A stretch of DNA of 55,487 nucleotides, from contig JANXHP010000037.1 of assembly GCA_024958795.1 (NCBI GenBank), forward strand, positions 1-55,487, written 5' to 3'. Origin of the DNA: Candidatus Poseidoniaceae archaeon. Lineage in GTDB: Archaea; Thermoplasmatota; Poseidoniia; Poseidoniales; Poseidoniaceae. The number at the start of each line of letters is the position of its first letter. Within the stretch, counting starts at the first letter, position 1. The notes under the pieces were generated by a model. The model ran no database searches and was not told the origin of the DNA. It was given only the letters and a program-made list of their open reading frames with translations. Of this stretch, positions 1 through 8,799 are shown piece by piece. A program made the position numbers and the translations under genes.

Positions 1-720
1 TACAACTGGTTGAAGGTCTAGCATGAAACTGAATACTGTGAATACAATGCCTAGGACAAGCAGAAATTCCCACATCGCAGCATAGTTTAACATTGGGTAA
101 ATTGAAGATGTACAGAATTCCATCATATTATGACTAGATGAGTTCCAAGTATCCCAATCAAAGTCATCGGTCCAAATGTTGGAGTACGCGGCAATCATTT
201 GCCACAGCCCTAGAATTGCAATTAAAGAAGGAACTAAACGAGCAGTTAGGATTGTGCGAAGTGAAGAACTATTCCAGTGAACACGTAGGGTCACAATATT
301 TACTAAAATGCACCAAAAAACACCTTTGTAAAAGAAATCAAATCCATAAATACCATGCATGTATCTATCTACATTCCAAGGTGTCTGACCTACCATGTAG
401 CAAGAGTAGGCTGCAATCATTCCAGGAACAATTGCACTGTGATTTAGTAAATGCCAGATTATTTTTGCATCATCCTGAATAAGTTCCTCACGATTATGCA
501 TTTGAAGTTCAAACATCACCCATATCGCGGTAACTGAAGAAAGAAATGTTCCGAGACTGAATATGAAATCTCCTGGCTGATAAAGATCGAAGTCTGAGAT
601 GAACGGCATGAATGCTTTGCATCCATTACCAATCCAAGTCAAATAACATAATATCAGCCATGTAAGGGTTACACCTGTAAAAATCTGTAGTGAAAGTCGC
701 TTGCGCTGGCGTTGCTCCAT
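1..720 (-). CDS. Polytopic membrane protein, partial (C-terminus lies beyond the window start)
   Basis: My own minus-strand translation starts at ATG 720 (MEQRQRKRLSLQIFTGVTLTWLILCYLTW...). It stays open for exactly 240 codons to position 1. It has several hydrophobic, Trp-rich segments. It is missing from the ORF track because there is no stop codon in the window. The + ORF 138..482 is antisense to it. Confidence 0.55.
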   Translation of the reverse strand, partial: MEQRQRKRLSLQIFTGVTLTWLILCYLTWIGNGCKAFMPFISDFDLYQPGDFIFSLGTFLSSVTAIWVMFELQMHNREELIQDDAKIIWHLLNHSAIVPGMIAAYSCYMVGQTPWNVDRYMHGIYGFDFFYKGVFWCILVNIVTLRVHWNSSSLRTILTARLVPSLIAILGLWQMIAAYSNIWTDDFDWDTWNSSSHNMMEFCTSSIYPMLNYAAMWEFLLVLGIVFTVFSFMLDLQPVV

Positions 721-841
721 GTCCCTTGGGAAAGCATTTGAGATATCAAACCATCATAATCCAATTTGAAGCATATAATTATTCTATTATGGTCGTGTCA
801 GTGAATCGTTGTTGCAAGTATCAACTAACCAACTCGGGTGT

Positions 842-873
842 GTTGGAAGGGGTCATCCGAAACCCCTTCCAAC
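842..873. other. GC-rich perfect hairpin or palindromic element (11-bp stem GTTGGAAGGGG / CCCCTTCCAAC, 10-nt loop)
   Basis: Read directly from the sequence. It lies in the 224-bp spacer between the divergent genes starting at 720 (-) and 944 (+). A loop-less degenerate copy is at 938..960. Confidence 0.7.
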
Positions 874-943
874 CGAATATGGTAGTTTAATGGGCTTTCA
901 GTGGGTCAGTTTGCTCGCTAGCGATGCGACACCCGTCTGTTGA

Positions 944-1408
944 ATGGGGGCCCCTTCCGATTTATTGAAAATTACATCTATGCGAAATGTCCATCAAGGA
1001 CGATTGAATCCGATATCCATGGACAAGGAACATTCCTCTGACAGCGACCAACGTCGCAAAGAGTTTGAGGACATGATGACGGAAATGGCAGGGGGCGAAT
1101 TCATGAGTGTGGAAAAATACACACCTAGAAGCACATGGAAAAAGATTCCGGATGTGGCTATGTACAAAAAAGCAAGTTGGTCGAGCGAGGTAATGAGGGT
1201 AGAAGGGGTCAACTTGGATCTAGCCCTTGAAATTGCTGAATTACTACCTTCAATTACATTCTTCTTTATTGTCAAAGGTGAACGAATGATTCTGGAAACA
1301 TTGCCTGAAGACCAAGGGGTTTTTCAGCATGGAGATGCTGTGTTTTTTTCAGGAAAACCCTGGTATGGTTCGGCACCAGGTTTGGCGGATTCTTATGAGA
1401 AGTGTTGA
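944..1408 (+). CDS. Hypothetical protein (start uncertain)
   Basis: This is the longest ORF in the interval, and the competing minus-strand ORFs are shorter. ATG 944 sits inside the second copy of the palindromic element. In-frame alternative ATGs are at 980 and 1019. I recognised no family motif. Confidence 0.4.
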   Translation: MGAPSDLLKITSMRNVHQGRLNPISMDKEHSSDSDQRRKEFEDMMTEMAGGEFMSVEKYTPRSTWKKIPDVAMYKKASWSSEVMRVEGVNLDLALEIAELLPSITFFFIVKGERMILETLPEDQGVFQHGDAVFFSGKPWYGSAPGLADSYEKC

Positions 1409-1458
1409 TTGAACCAACTAATTGATTCGGATAAGTTGCAAGGGGTTTTGACTTGTTG

Positions 1459-2172
1459 TTATTGTTGAGCAACCGGTTTGAATGTGATAATTTCCAATGT
1501 GATCGTGACTTCTTCTTCATTGTCCGCTATGAGTGGAAGTGATTGTGTTTCTACACTAATTTCAATTTGTATTTCACCAATACCGTAACCGTCCATATTC
1601 CAATTTTCTAACACTTGAATTTCATTGTAACCAGTAACATTTCTCATTTGACCATCGTAATCAGGATACGCCCTTAACATCAAGTCAATATCTGAACCAT
1701 CACTTGATGAGTCTGATAGAGTATTGTTTTCATCACTCCACTGAGCATTCATATCACTTTGTGGTATCGTGGTGAAAACTGAATCCACTGGGTCACCAGG
1801 AATTCCAGAAGTTTCTCCATAGGTAATCGTCATTCGAAAACTACCAATTCGGTATCCTTCATCGAGAAGTGTTTCATCTATTGTGAAAGTCCTTGTTTCA
1901 GTATCACCATCAGCGACAACCACCGTATCGGTTTGAGTTACGATTATTTCCTCGAATGTAATCTGCCAATTGTTATTCCCATCCAATACAGACCTGACAC
2001 CATCATTATTGCCCATTACATCTACAGCGTTGACAACTAATAATAGAAACAGAGAAGCAGTGACTGCGGCAGATATTTTGTTCGTCAATGAATTGTCAAA
2101 GAGTTCTTTAAACCCATCAAATTGGAAATTTTCTGAACTATCCGACATAGAATTAAACCCCCGCATTGGCAA
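1459..2172 (-). CDS. Membrane-anchored or secreted hypothetical protein
   Basis: There is one N-terminal hydrophobic segment (ISAAVTASLFLLLVVNAV) followed by an acidic, Thr/Asp-rich ectodomain. Its start overlaps the end of the upstream gene by 20 nt, which suggests an operon. Confidence 0.5.
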   Translation of the reverse strand: MPMRGFNSMSDSSENFQFDGFKELFDNSLTNKISAAVTASLFLLLVVNAVDVMGNNDGVRSVLDGNNNWQITFEEIIVTQTDTVVVADGDTETRTFTIDETLLDEGYRIGSFRMTITYGETSGIPGDPVDSVFTTIPQSDMNAQWSDENNTLSDSSSDGSDIDLMLRAYPDYDGQMRNVTGYNEIQVLENWNMDGYGIGEIQIEISVETQSLPLIADNEEEVTITLEIITFKPVAQQ

Positions 2173-3484
2173 ATATTACTGCCATAATAATAATGTAAAA
2201 TACAACGAAACTAAAGACGAGTGATGTGTTTTTCAGCATTGAATCCTCAAACCCATCTCCGGTAATCGACTCGATATCATCTTCACTTCCTCCACTCAAA
2301 AATTTAGAAGTAATCTTCTCTTCCCAACCAATAAAGAATACGATTCCAATCGCCAAAATTGAACCTGAGAGCATTTGTGGAATTGGAATTAATGATTGAA
2401 TCAACTCGATAATACTTGATGAAACGATTAGTAGAATCAGTAGGATCATAATTCTCATGAGATTCCGATTCTGTTCTGAAGAGGTGTCAACAATCTTGAA
2501 TTGGACCATTAGGTAAACGAGGAATAGAGGCTTAATTAGATAGATTAACACACCAGAGGTCAGATAATTGATTAGTTCAAAAATTTCAGAACTTTCTTCA
2601 CATTGACCTTCAATACAACTGGAGTAGAAATCAAGGAGAAGATAATCTTGAATCCAATTAATGAATCCGATGAAGAATATTCCGAAGACTATCCACGATT
2701 CAACGGACATCCCTCTCTTGACTGAACGGAATACTTCTCCTGCGAATAGAACTGAAATTGCAATCGCTCCAATAGACCAGCCAAAGTTAATAGAAACCAA
2801 CCACCAAATTGGAGGATTTTCTACTTGGTTGACAAGTTCACTGACAAACCATTCATTGTTTAGGAAAGTGAAGGCAGATAACCACCAGACCATTTGCCAT
2901 CCAATCCAAATTATCAATAAAATCGCACTGGCTTTGGAAACCGAACGATATTTGGTCTCACCTGTATTATGTTCTAGTACAATACCCCTAATGTATGTGT
3001 GAATCCAAAGTACTCCTACTGTGACCCAAATAAATTCTTGAAGAGCCATGAGCTTGAATCCACCGATAAAAATTATTGGAGGTACAAGAATACAGTAGAT
3101 TGCAATGGTCGCAATTACTGAAGCATTCCATAACTTTCCACGGCCCAAATCCTTTGGAATGTGTAATGCCATTACGAGCATCAGTATATTCAACGCGGTA
3201 TCTGTACCAAAAAGTATCAGAACGAGTATATCCGCTCCCACGATTCCTTGGTAGGAGAATAATCCCAAATCGATTGCAGTCGGGTAGGTTTCGAAGTAGT
3301 ATTGTCCAAGAAGGGCCTCTACTGTATGGTACATCGCTAAGAAAATAAACGTCCAACCAATTAACAATGCAGAGAAACTCTTGTGTGAATTTTTCGTATC
3401 ACCACGATTAGACATGGCGATTGTAATCAGTCCCAATATCAAGTTGGTTATTGCAGCGACTGGCGCAAGTGATTCCTGTGCCAT
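2153..3484 (-). CDS. Polytopic integral membrane protein, function unknown
   Basis: The 443-aa ORF has many hydrophobic helices along its whole length. It overlaps the downstream gene 1459..2172. Confidence 0.55.
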   Translation of the reverse strand: MAQESLAPVAAITNLILGLITIAMSNRGDTKNSHKSFSALLIGWTFIFLAMYHTVEALLGQYYFETYPTAIDLGLFSYQGIVGADILVLILFGTDTALNILMLVMALHIPKDLGRGKLWNASVIATIAIYCILVPPIIFIGGFKLMALQEFIWVTVGVLWIHTYIRGIVLEHNTGETKYRSVSKASAILLIIWIGWQMVWWLSAFTFLNNEWFVSELVNQVENPPIWWLVSINFGWSIGAIAISVLFAGEVFRSVKRGMSVESWIVFGIFFIGFINWIQDYLLLDFYSSCIEGQCEESSEIFELINYLTSGVLIYLIKPLFLVYLMVQFKIVDTSSEQNRNLMRIMILLILLIVSSSIIELIQSLIPIPQMLSGSILAIGIVFFIGWEEKITSKFLSGGSEDDIESITGDGFEDSMLKNTSLVFSFVVFYIIIMAVIFANAGV

Positions 3485-3537
3485 GTGTTAACCACCAATC
3501 TCAACACATATAATTGATTTTCAAACAATTATTTCCT

Positions 3538-4986
3538 CTATTTACTCTTGAATAATTTCTTTTCAACATTTATTCCATAGTTTGACAATCGTAACAATAA
3601 GTTCTCATCAGCAACTTTGTGCAGATTTGGAGTTGAAACTTTTGCTGAGCAAGCACAAGCGAGAATGACCGCTGTCATCTGAAGACGATGGTCACCAAAT
3701 GTTTGTACAATCTCACTTGGCTGAATGATCTTCTGCCCACCAATAATCTCAATACCATCTTGTAATACTGTACTTTCAATACCAAATTGAAGTAGTAGTT
3801 GTCGTGTTTTTGTTAAGCGATTACTTTCCTTATGTGCTGCATGAGCAGCACCTGTAATTTTTCCACCACATGATATTGCCATCAAGGCTGCAAGTGGTGG
3901 TAGTAAGTCATTAGCATCTCTAAGATTTATTTCAATACCATCTTGCTTAGTTTCGCTTAGAGTAATTTCAACATTAGAATCAATTTCATTCCATGCAAAA
4001 CCTAGTTCACTACTGTATTGCTGTAATATGTCATTTCCAAGTGCATCTTCGGTCTGAGGTAAGTTGGCGATAATTGTCTTTGTTTGAAGGATTTTTGTAG
4101 CGAGCATTGCAAAACTAACCATTGATGCATCTCTAGCAACTGTTACTTCTGTTTGTGCAAAATGTGGTATCCAAGGACGTAAGATTGAATCTGAAAAATC
4201 AGCACCACTTTCTATGCATAAGCGATTGGTTAAATCACTATGTTTTCGTGATACTGCTTGCCCGTTTAGATTCAACTTTATATTTCCACTAAACTGAGAT
4301 GAAGCTAACATCCATGCTGAATACGGTTGGCTAGACTTTGACAAATCTAAATCAACTTGTTGCGAGCAATCAACTGGTCCACAGACAATTAGAGGTAGCG
4401 CTTCTTCTCCATGACCTCTTGAAACTTTTACTCCTGAACTTTCCAATGTTTCAATAAGAGTTGAAAAGTTTCTAAGCCGTAATGACCTATCACCATCGAT
4501 GGCTACGCTATCTCCGATATTTGCTGAAATTGTAGTAAGGATTCTAAATGCTGTCCCTGAATTACCAGCATGTAAAACACTAGCTGGCTTAGTGAATCCA
4601 TTGCTACCAACACCATGCACACGCCAATCTTCTGCATCTGAGTGAAATGCTACTTCAGACTGTCCTGGCTTGTTCAATATCTCCCCATTAGCAATATCTT
4701 CTATCTTAACTCCAAGTTGTTGTAAACATCTTCTCATACTGCGAGAATCTTCTCCTGCATTGCTTACATTCTTCAAAGTAATTATTTGATTACTTTGGGC
4801 ACTAAGTGCTAATAATCTAATTAGATGAGATTTTGATGGAGGTAAATCCCATTGTAATTCTCCTCCATTCTTTTGTCCGTTTATTGCTAAGAATTCAATG
4901 TCGTTGGTTGGCGCAGTTTCGACTGAAGCATTCCATTTGGAAACCCAGCGCTTAGCCATATTGTCAGCGACGCGGCTAGATGTCAT
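3538..4986 (-). CDS. aroA: 3-phosphoshikimate 1-carboxyvinyltransferase (EPSP synthase)
   Basis: Recognised motifs are LPPSKSHLIRLLALSA (the PGSKS-type motif), GNSGTAFRIL, KESNRL and DHRLQMTAVILA. The ORF-track start at 5103 is a TTG that overlaps moaA. ATG 4986 or ATG 4959 is more likely. Confidence 0.85.
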   Translation of the reverse strand: MTSSRVADNMAKRWVSKWNASVETAPTNDIEFLAINGQKNGGELQWDLPPSKSHLIRLLALSAQSNQIITLKNVSNAGEDSRSMRRCLQQLGVKIEDIANGEILNKPGQSEVAFHSDAEDWRVHGVGSNGFTKPASVLHAGNSGTAFRILTTISANIGDSVAIDGDRSLRLRNFSTLIETLESSGVKVSRGHGEEALPLIVCGPVDCSQQVDLDLSKSSQPYSAWMLASSQFSGNIKLNLNGQAVSRKHSDLTNRLCIESGADFSDSILRPWIPHFAQTEVTVARDASMVSFAMLATKILQTKTIIANLPQTEDALGNDILQQYSSELGFAWNEIDSNVEITLSETKQDGIEINLRDANDLLPPLAALMAISCGGKITGAAHAAHKESNRLTKTRQLLLQFGIESTVLQDGIEIIGGQKIIQPSEIVQTFGDHRLQMTAVILACACSAKVSTPNLHKVADENLLLRLSNYGINVEKKLFKSK

Positions 4987-5035
4987 CAATTTTTGGAACA
5001 CAGATTCAAAAAGCAAGTGCTCGCAGCAATTGATT

Positions 5036-6040
5036 ATGAGGTTGGACGATTCTAGAGGCCGACCTCTACGTGATCTGAGAATTTCAGTAACAGATCGCTG
5101 CAACTTTAGATGTACTTATTGTATGCCTAGAGAGCATTTTGGCAATGAATACGAATTTTTAGCTAAAGAAAAAATCCTATCTTATGAAGAAATTACTATG
5201 ATTGTAAGTTCATTATTACCATTAGGAATAGAAAAGATAAGGTTGACTGGTGGAGAGCCATTGATGCGAAGAAATATTGTTGAATTGGTTCGACAGATAA
5301 GAGCATTAGATAATCATATAGATATTGCAATGACAACGAATGGCATTTTGCTAGAGAAGTATGCACTACAACTCAAGGAGGCTGGACTAAGTAGGGTAAC
5401 TGTCAGCCTTGATGCCTTAGAAAACGAAATATTTCAATCGCTTTCTGATACCACTAATTCCGTTGACGAGGTCTTGCAGGGCATTGATTGCTGCAAGCGA
5501 TTAGAATTGCCTGTTAAAGTAAATTGTATGATTCAAAAAGGTGTTAATGAAAGCCAAATAATACCAATTATTCAGCACTTTAGCCAAATCTCAATCACTC
5601 CACGTTTCATCGAATACATGGATGTAGGGAGTACCAATTCGTGGAATTATGATTCCGTAGTTAGTGGTGATGAGATGAGAAAAATCATTGGGCAAGAATT
5701 TGGTCAATTAGAACAAGTTGAATCAAATTACCGAGGAGAGGTGGCAAACCTTTGGAAGATACAAAATGGTAGCGAAGTTGGCTTTATTGAATCTGTTAGC
5801 AAGCCATTTTGTGGTGACTGTAGTAGGGCAAGGCTTTCTGCTGATGGTTCAATTTACACTTGTTTATTTGCGACAGAGGGGCACAATATTCGTTCAATTC
5901 TAAGAATGGATGCAAGCCAAGAGCAAATTGGTGACGCTATTGCTTCAATTTGGAAAAATAGAAATGACAATTATAGCGAACAGCGAGGAAAAGTTGAGAC
6001 GACAAAGGACCGCGTAGAAATGTCCTATATTGGCGGCTAA
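5036..6040 (+). CDS. moaA: GTP 3',8-cyclase (molybdenum cofactor biosynthesis protein A, radical SAM)
   Basis: It has the CNFRCTYC radical-SAM cluster motif about 14 aa after the Met at 5036. It also has the C-terminal CGDCSRARLSADGSIYTCLF cluster and a terminal GG. The ORF-track start at 4898 would add a non-homologous 46-aa extension that overlaps aroA. Confidence 0.9.
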   Translation: MRLDDSRGRPLRDLRISVTDRCNFRCTYCMPREHFGNEYEFLAKEKILSYEEITMIVSSLLPLGIEKIRLTGGEPLMRRNIVELVRQIRALDNHIDIAMTTNGILLEKYALQLKEAGLSRVTVSLDALENEIFQSLSDTTNSVDEVLQGIDCCKRLELPVKVNCMIQKGVNESQIIPIIQHFSQISITPRFIEYMDVGSTNSWNYDSVVSGDEMRKIIGQEFGQLEQVESNYRGEVANLWKIQNGSEVGFIESVSKPFCGDCSRARLSADGSIYTCLFATEGHNIRSILRMDASQEQIGDAIASIWKNRNDNYSEQRGKVETTKDRVEMSYIGG

Positions 6041-6531
6041 TCTTCTATTGCTGGAAGAACAACATCAATCAATACTACTCCTGCAGATTCATCAATTAAC
6101 TTGAATCTCCAGGTTCCTTGGTCTGAACCAATCGTTGTTGAATCGATTACGAAATAATCTCCCTTTGTTACTGAATACCCTGCATCTCTATCGTGGAAGG
6201 AAATATTTGCACCTACAACACCATAAACATCTGCATCAGCAACATGGCCCCTATATGGGATGGCGTTTTGACCATCATCTGGGTATAGATCATACTTCAA
6301 TTTTGCAGGATCAATAGATTGGTCCAAACTTGCAATCTTTACAACATGGAATCCATTTGACAGACCACGAACGCTGACTTGAGCCAAAGGAGGTGCTTTC
6401 TCAGTAGTGGTCAAAGCGCCTTGCATCATTACGAAAACCATACTCGAAAGCATGACTGTAATCGCTAGCAATAGTACTGTAGCAATAACAGGGCTTACCG
6501 CCTTGTCATCATACTCCAGTGGTCTCGCCAT
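6037..6531 (-). CDS. Archaeal type IV pilin-like protein (class III signal peptide, DUF1628/Pilin_N type)
   Basis: MARPLEYDDKAVSPVIATVLLLAITVMLSSMVF matches the charged leader plus AVSPVIg..LlvAITV hydrophobic helix of archaeal pilin N-termini. A start at ATG 6531 is preferred over 6573. Confidence 0.7.
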   Translation of the reverse strand: MARPLEYDDKAVSPVIATVLLLAITVMLSSMVFVMMQGALTTTEKAPPLAQVSVRGLSNGFHVVKIASLDQSIDPAKLKYDLYPDDGQNAIPYRGHVADADVYGVVGANISFHDRDAGYSVTKGDYFVIDSTTIGSDQGTWRFKLIDESAGVVLIDVVLPAIED

Positions 6532-6586
6532 AATCTTCCCTAGCCGACATGTGACTTGAACCATGCGCTTCAATCAGGGCATTAGA

Positions 6587-7729
6587 TTACAATAACCAAA
6601 GTGGTTTGTCGCATTCCATTGCTCGTTTTATTCCACCAATTGGACCTAATATTCTCAACAATACCTCAGTCACAATATCACCCTTCATGAAAGCATATGA
6701 CATCTTTTTTGAACGAAGAGAATTATTTAACGCTCGGGAAAATGATGCTCTTACTCTAGTTTCATACTCCGATAGTTCAACTCCACTGTCAAGATTATCA
6801 ATAATTGCTTCAGCTGCAAAGCAACCAGATATTATCGCTTGACTAATTCCTCCACCATTGCTAGGCATTACCAGCCCTGCAGCATCGCCAACCGCTAACG
6901 TATTTCCATTAACCATGTTTTCAACAGGGCCACCCATAGCAATCCAGCCACCGCCCCATGAGAGTATTTCTAAATTCAAATCATCACAAAACTTCTGTAG
7001 GTATTGTTTGAGATTACCCTCTAATTTCCCTGCTCTAACGCCTAGGCCAACATTCGCTGAGTTTGGTCCTTTAGGAATTATCCATGCAAATCCAGAAGGA
7101 GCCACAGAACCGATGAAAACATCGAAAGAATCTGGTATTTTGCCTTGAACTTGCGCATATATTGTTGGAACTTGGTCCTTTGGTCTATAGAGGCCATCTT
7201 GTCCTCTCCTTAATCTCGCAACTTGTGCGAGTGAACCACTAGCATCAATTAGATAATCACAGGAATATCTTCCTTTATCTGTAACCAAAACATCACGATT
7301 TGATTTACTTTGATGCTGTATTTTTTTCAAAGCCTCTCCGCATCGTATCTCTGCACCTGCTTGGATTGCTTTCTCTCCAAGAAAGCCATCAAATTGTAAT
7401 CGATGTCCTGAAAAGGCATCTAATTCAAAGTTGTATGATTTACCTGATGGTAGAAAAACACGCATATTATCCAGGCGATGTAGACGTAATCTATCTGGAA
7501 AATCAAAATATGTCTTTAGCCATTGATGGTCATCTAAATTTGAAAAGGTAGCAATTACCTCTCCCCAATTTGGAATACATTCGCCACACTGAGCAGGATT
7601 TCCAATAATATCTCTTCTTTCTATTACTAGAACATCTACGCCTGATTCTGATAGTTTTTGGGCACAAGAACTACCTGCTGGACCTGCACCAATGATGATC
7701 ACTTGTCTGTGTTCGACTTCAATGGCCAT
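6587..7729 (-). CDS. Geranylgeranyl reductase family flavoprotein (archaeal lipid saturation type)
   Basis: It has the N-terminal FAD fold IIIGAGPAGSSCAQKLSESGVDVLVIERR and the GDAAG motif. It lies 4 nt downstream of the polyprenyl synthase gene. Confidence 0.8.
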   Translation of the reverse strand: MAIEVEHRQVIIIGAGPAGSSCAQKLSESGVDVLVIERRDIIGNPAQCGECIPNWGEVIATFSNLDDHQWLKTYFDFPDRLRLHRLDNMRVFLPSGKSYNFELDAFSGHRLQFDGFLGEKAIQAGAEIRCGEALKKIQHQSKSNRDVLVTDKGRYSCDYLIDASGSLAQVARLRRGQDGLYRPKDQVPTIYAQVQGKIPDSFDVFIGSVAPSGFAWIIPKGPNSANVGLGVRAGKLEGNLKQYLQKFCDDLNLEILSWGGGWIAMGGPVENMVNGNTLAVGDAAGLVMPSNGGGISQAIISGCFAAEAIIDNLDSGVELSEYETRVRASFSRALNNSLRSKKMSYAFMKGDIVTEVLLRILGPIGGIKRAMECDKPLWLL

Positions 7730-7733
7730 TTCA

Positions 7734-8717
7734 TCACCTATTTCGTTGAATAACGTAATCTGTAATTTGTAACATCAATTGTTTTGCATCACTTTCAGGG
7801 AAATCATCTATGTTTGAAATTGCTCTTTCAATATGAGTTGAAACTAATATCTCTGCATAATGTAAACTCTCTGAAGCATTCAATAATTGCATTAATTCGT
7901 CAAAATCATCATCTGAGAAGTTCTCAATAATTTGTGAGAGGCGCTTTCTTGCAGCTCCATGAGACAAAGTCAGTGCATGAATCAATGGTAATGTCATTTT
8001 TCCTTCTATAACATCAGCACCTCTCGGTTTGCCCATTTCTGCATCACCTCTCAAATCAAGTAAGTCATCAACAAGTTGGAATGCAATTCCCAACTCCATT
8101 CCAAAATCGCCAAGTTTCTTAGCATCATCATCACTCAGTCCTGCGATTAATCCTGCTGCTTGACAACCTGCAGCAAAGGGTCCTGCAGTCTTGCCTCTAA
8201 CAATGTTCAAATAATCTTCAGGTGATGTTTTCAAATCGAGAATATGGTCTAATTGTTCAAACTCTGAAATCGCAATATCGGCACAACATTTTGACATCAA
8301 GCGAACAATCTTCTCATCATACCTACCACCAAGACCAAAACCGTGTACAAATAACCAATCTCCTGCGATAATTCCCTTGGCTAATCCTTGTTTTGAATGA
8401 ATTGTTTCAACACCACGACGATGTGATGCTTGGTCGTTAATATCGTCATGGACAAGGGTTGCTGTATGGATTAATTCGAAGGCTAATGCCAACGGCATGA
8501 CCTCATCAGAATCCAAACCTCCCGCTATTTCATATGCTAATAAAATGAGTAGAGGCCGCAGACGTTTTCCTCCAGCAAGTAGAACATCGCCGCATAACTT
8601 AGCAACATCTTTCGCCCCGTTTTCAATCTCATTTTCAATTAATGATTGAAGTTCTGCATCGATGAGTAGTCGCATTAACTCAAGGCGGTCATTTGCCTGC
8701 AAATGTTCACTCGCCAC
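7734..8717 (-). CDS. Polyprenyl (probably geranylgeranyl) diphosphate synthase
   Basis: The first Asp-rich motif is LVHDDINDQ and the second is FQLVDDLLD. The start is GTG 8717, preceded by AGGATGG. ATG 8675 is an alternative. Confidence 0.85.
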   Translation of the reverse strand: MASEHLQANDRLELMRLLIDAELQSLIENEIENGAKDVAKLCGDVLLAGGKRLRPLLILLAYEIAGGLDSDEVMPLALAFELIHTATLVHDDINDQASHRRGVETIHSKQGLAKGIIAGDWLFVHGFGLGGRYDEKIVRLMSKCCADIAISEFEQLDHILDLKTSPEDYLNIVRGKTAGPFAAGCQAAGLIAGLSDDDAKKLGDFGMELGIAFQLVDDLLDLRGDAEMGKPRGADVIEGKMTLPLIHALTLSHGAARKRLSQIIENFSDDDFDELMQLLNASESLHYAEILVSTHIERAISNIDDFPESDAKQLMLQITDYVIQRNR

Positions 8718-8799
8718 GAACCATCCTACAAGGGTGGCATTCTTAACCGGTTGTCTCCGCCCTCAACATGCTAGGGTTCGCTCTAGCCGAGGCGATTGG

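Noticed and set aside
138-482. A 114-aa plus-strand ORF from the ORF track.
   Set aside because: It lies entirely antisense to a longer uninterrupted minus-strand frame (1..720) with clear membrane-protein character. Its own sequence is Cys/His/Lys-rich with no motif. I treat it as a shadow ORF.
4898-5103. Mutually overlapping long N-terminal extensions of aroA (to 5103) and moaA (from 4898) in the ORF track.
   Set aside because: Homology to both families begins well downstream (aroA near 4959..4986, moaA at 5036). The 5103 start is a TTG. The extensions would make the divergent genes overlap by about 200 nt.
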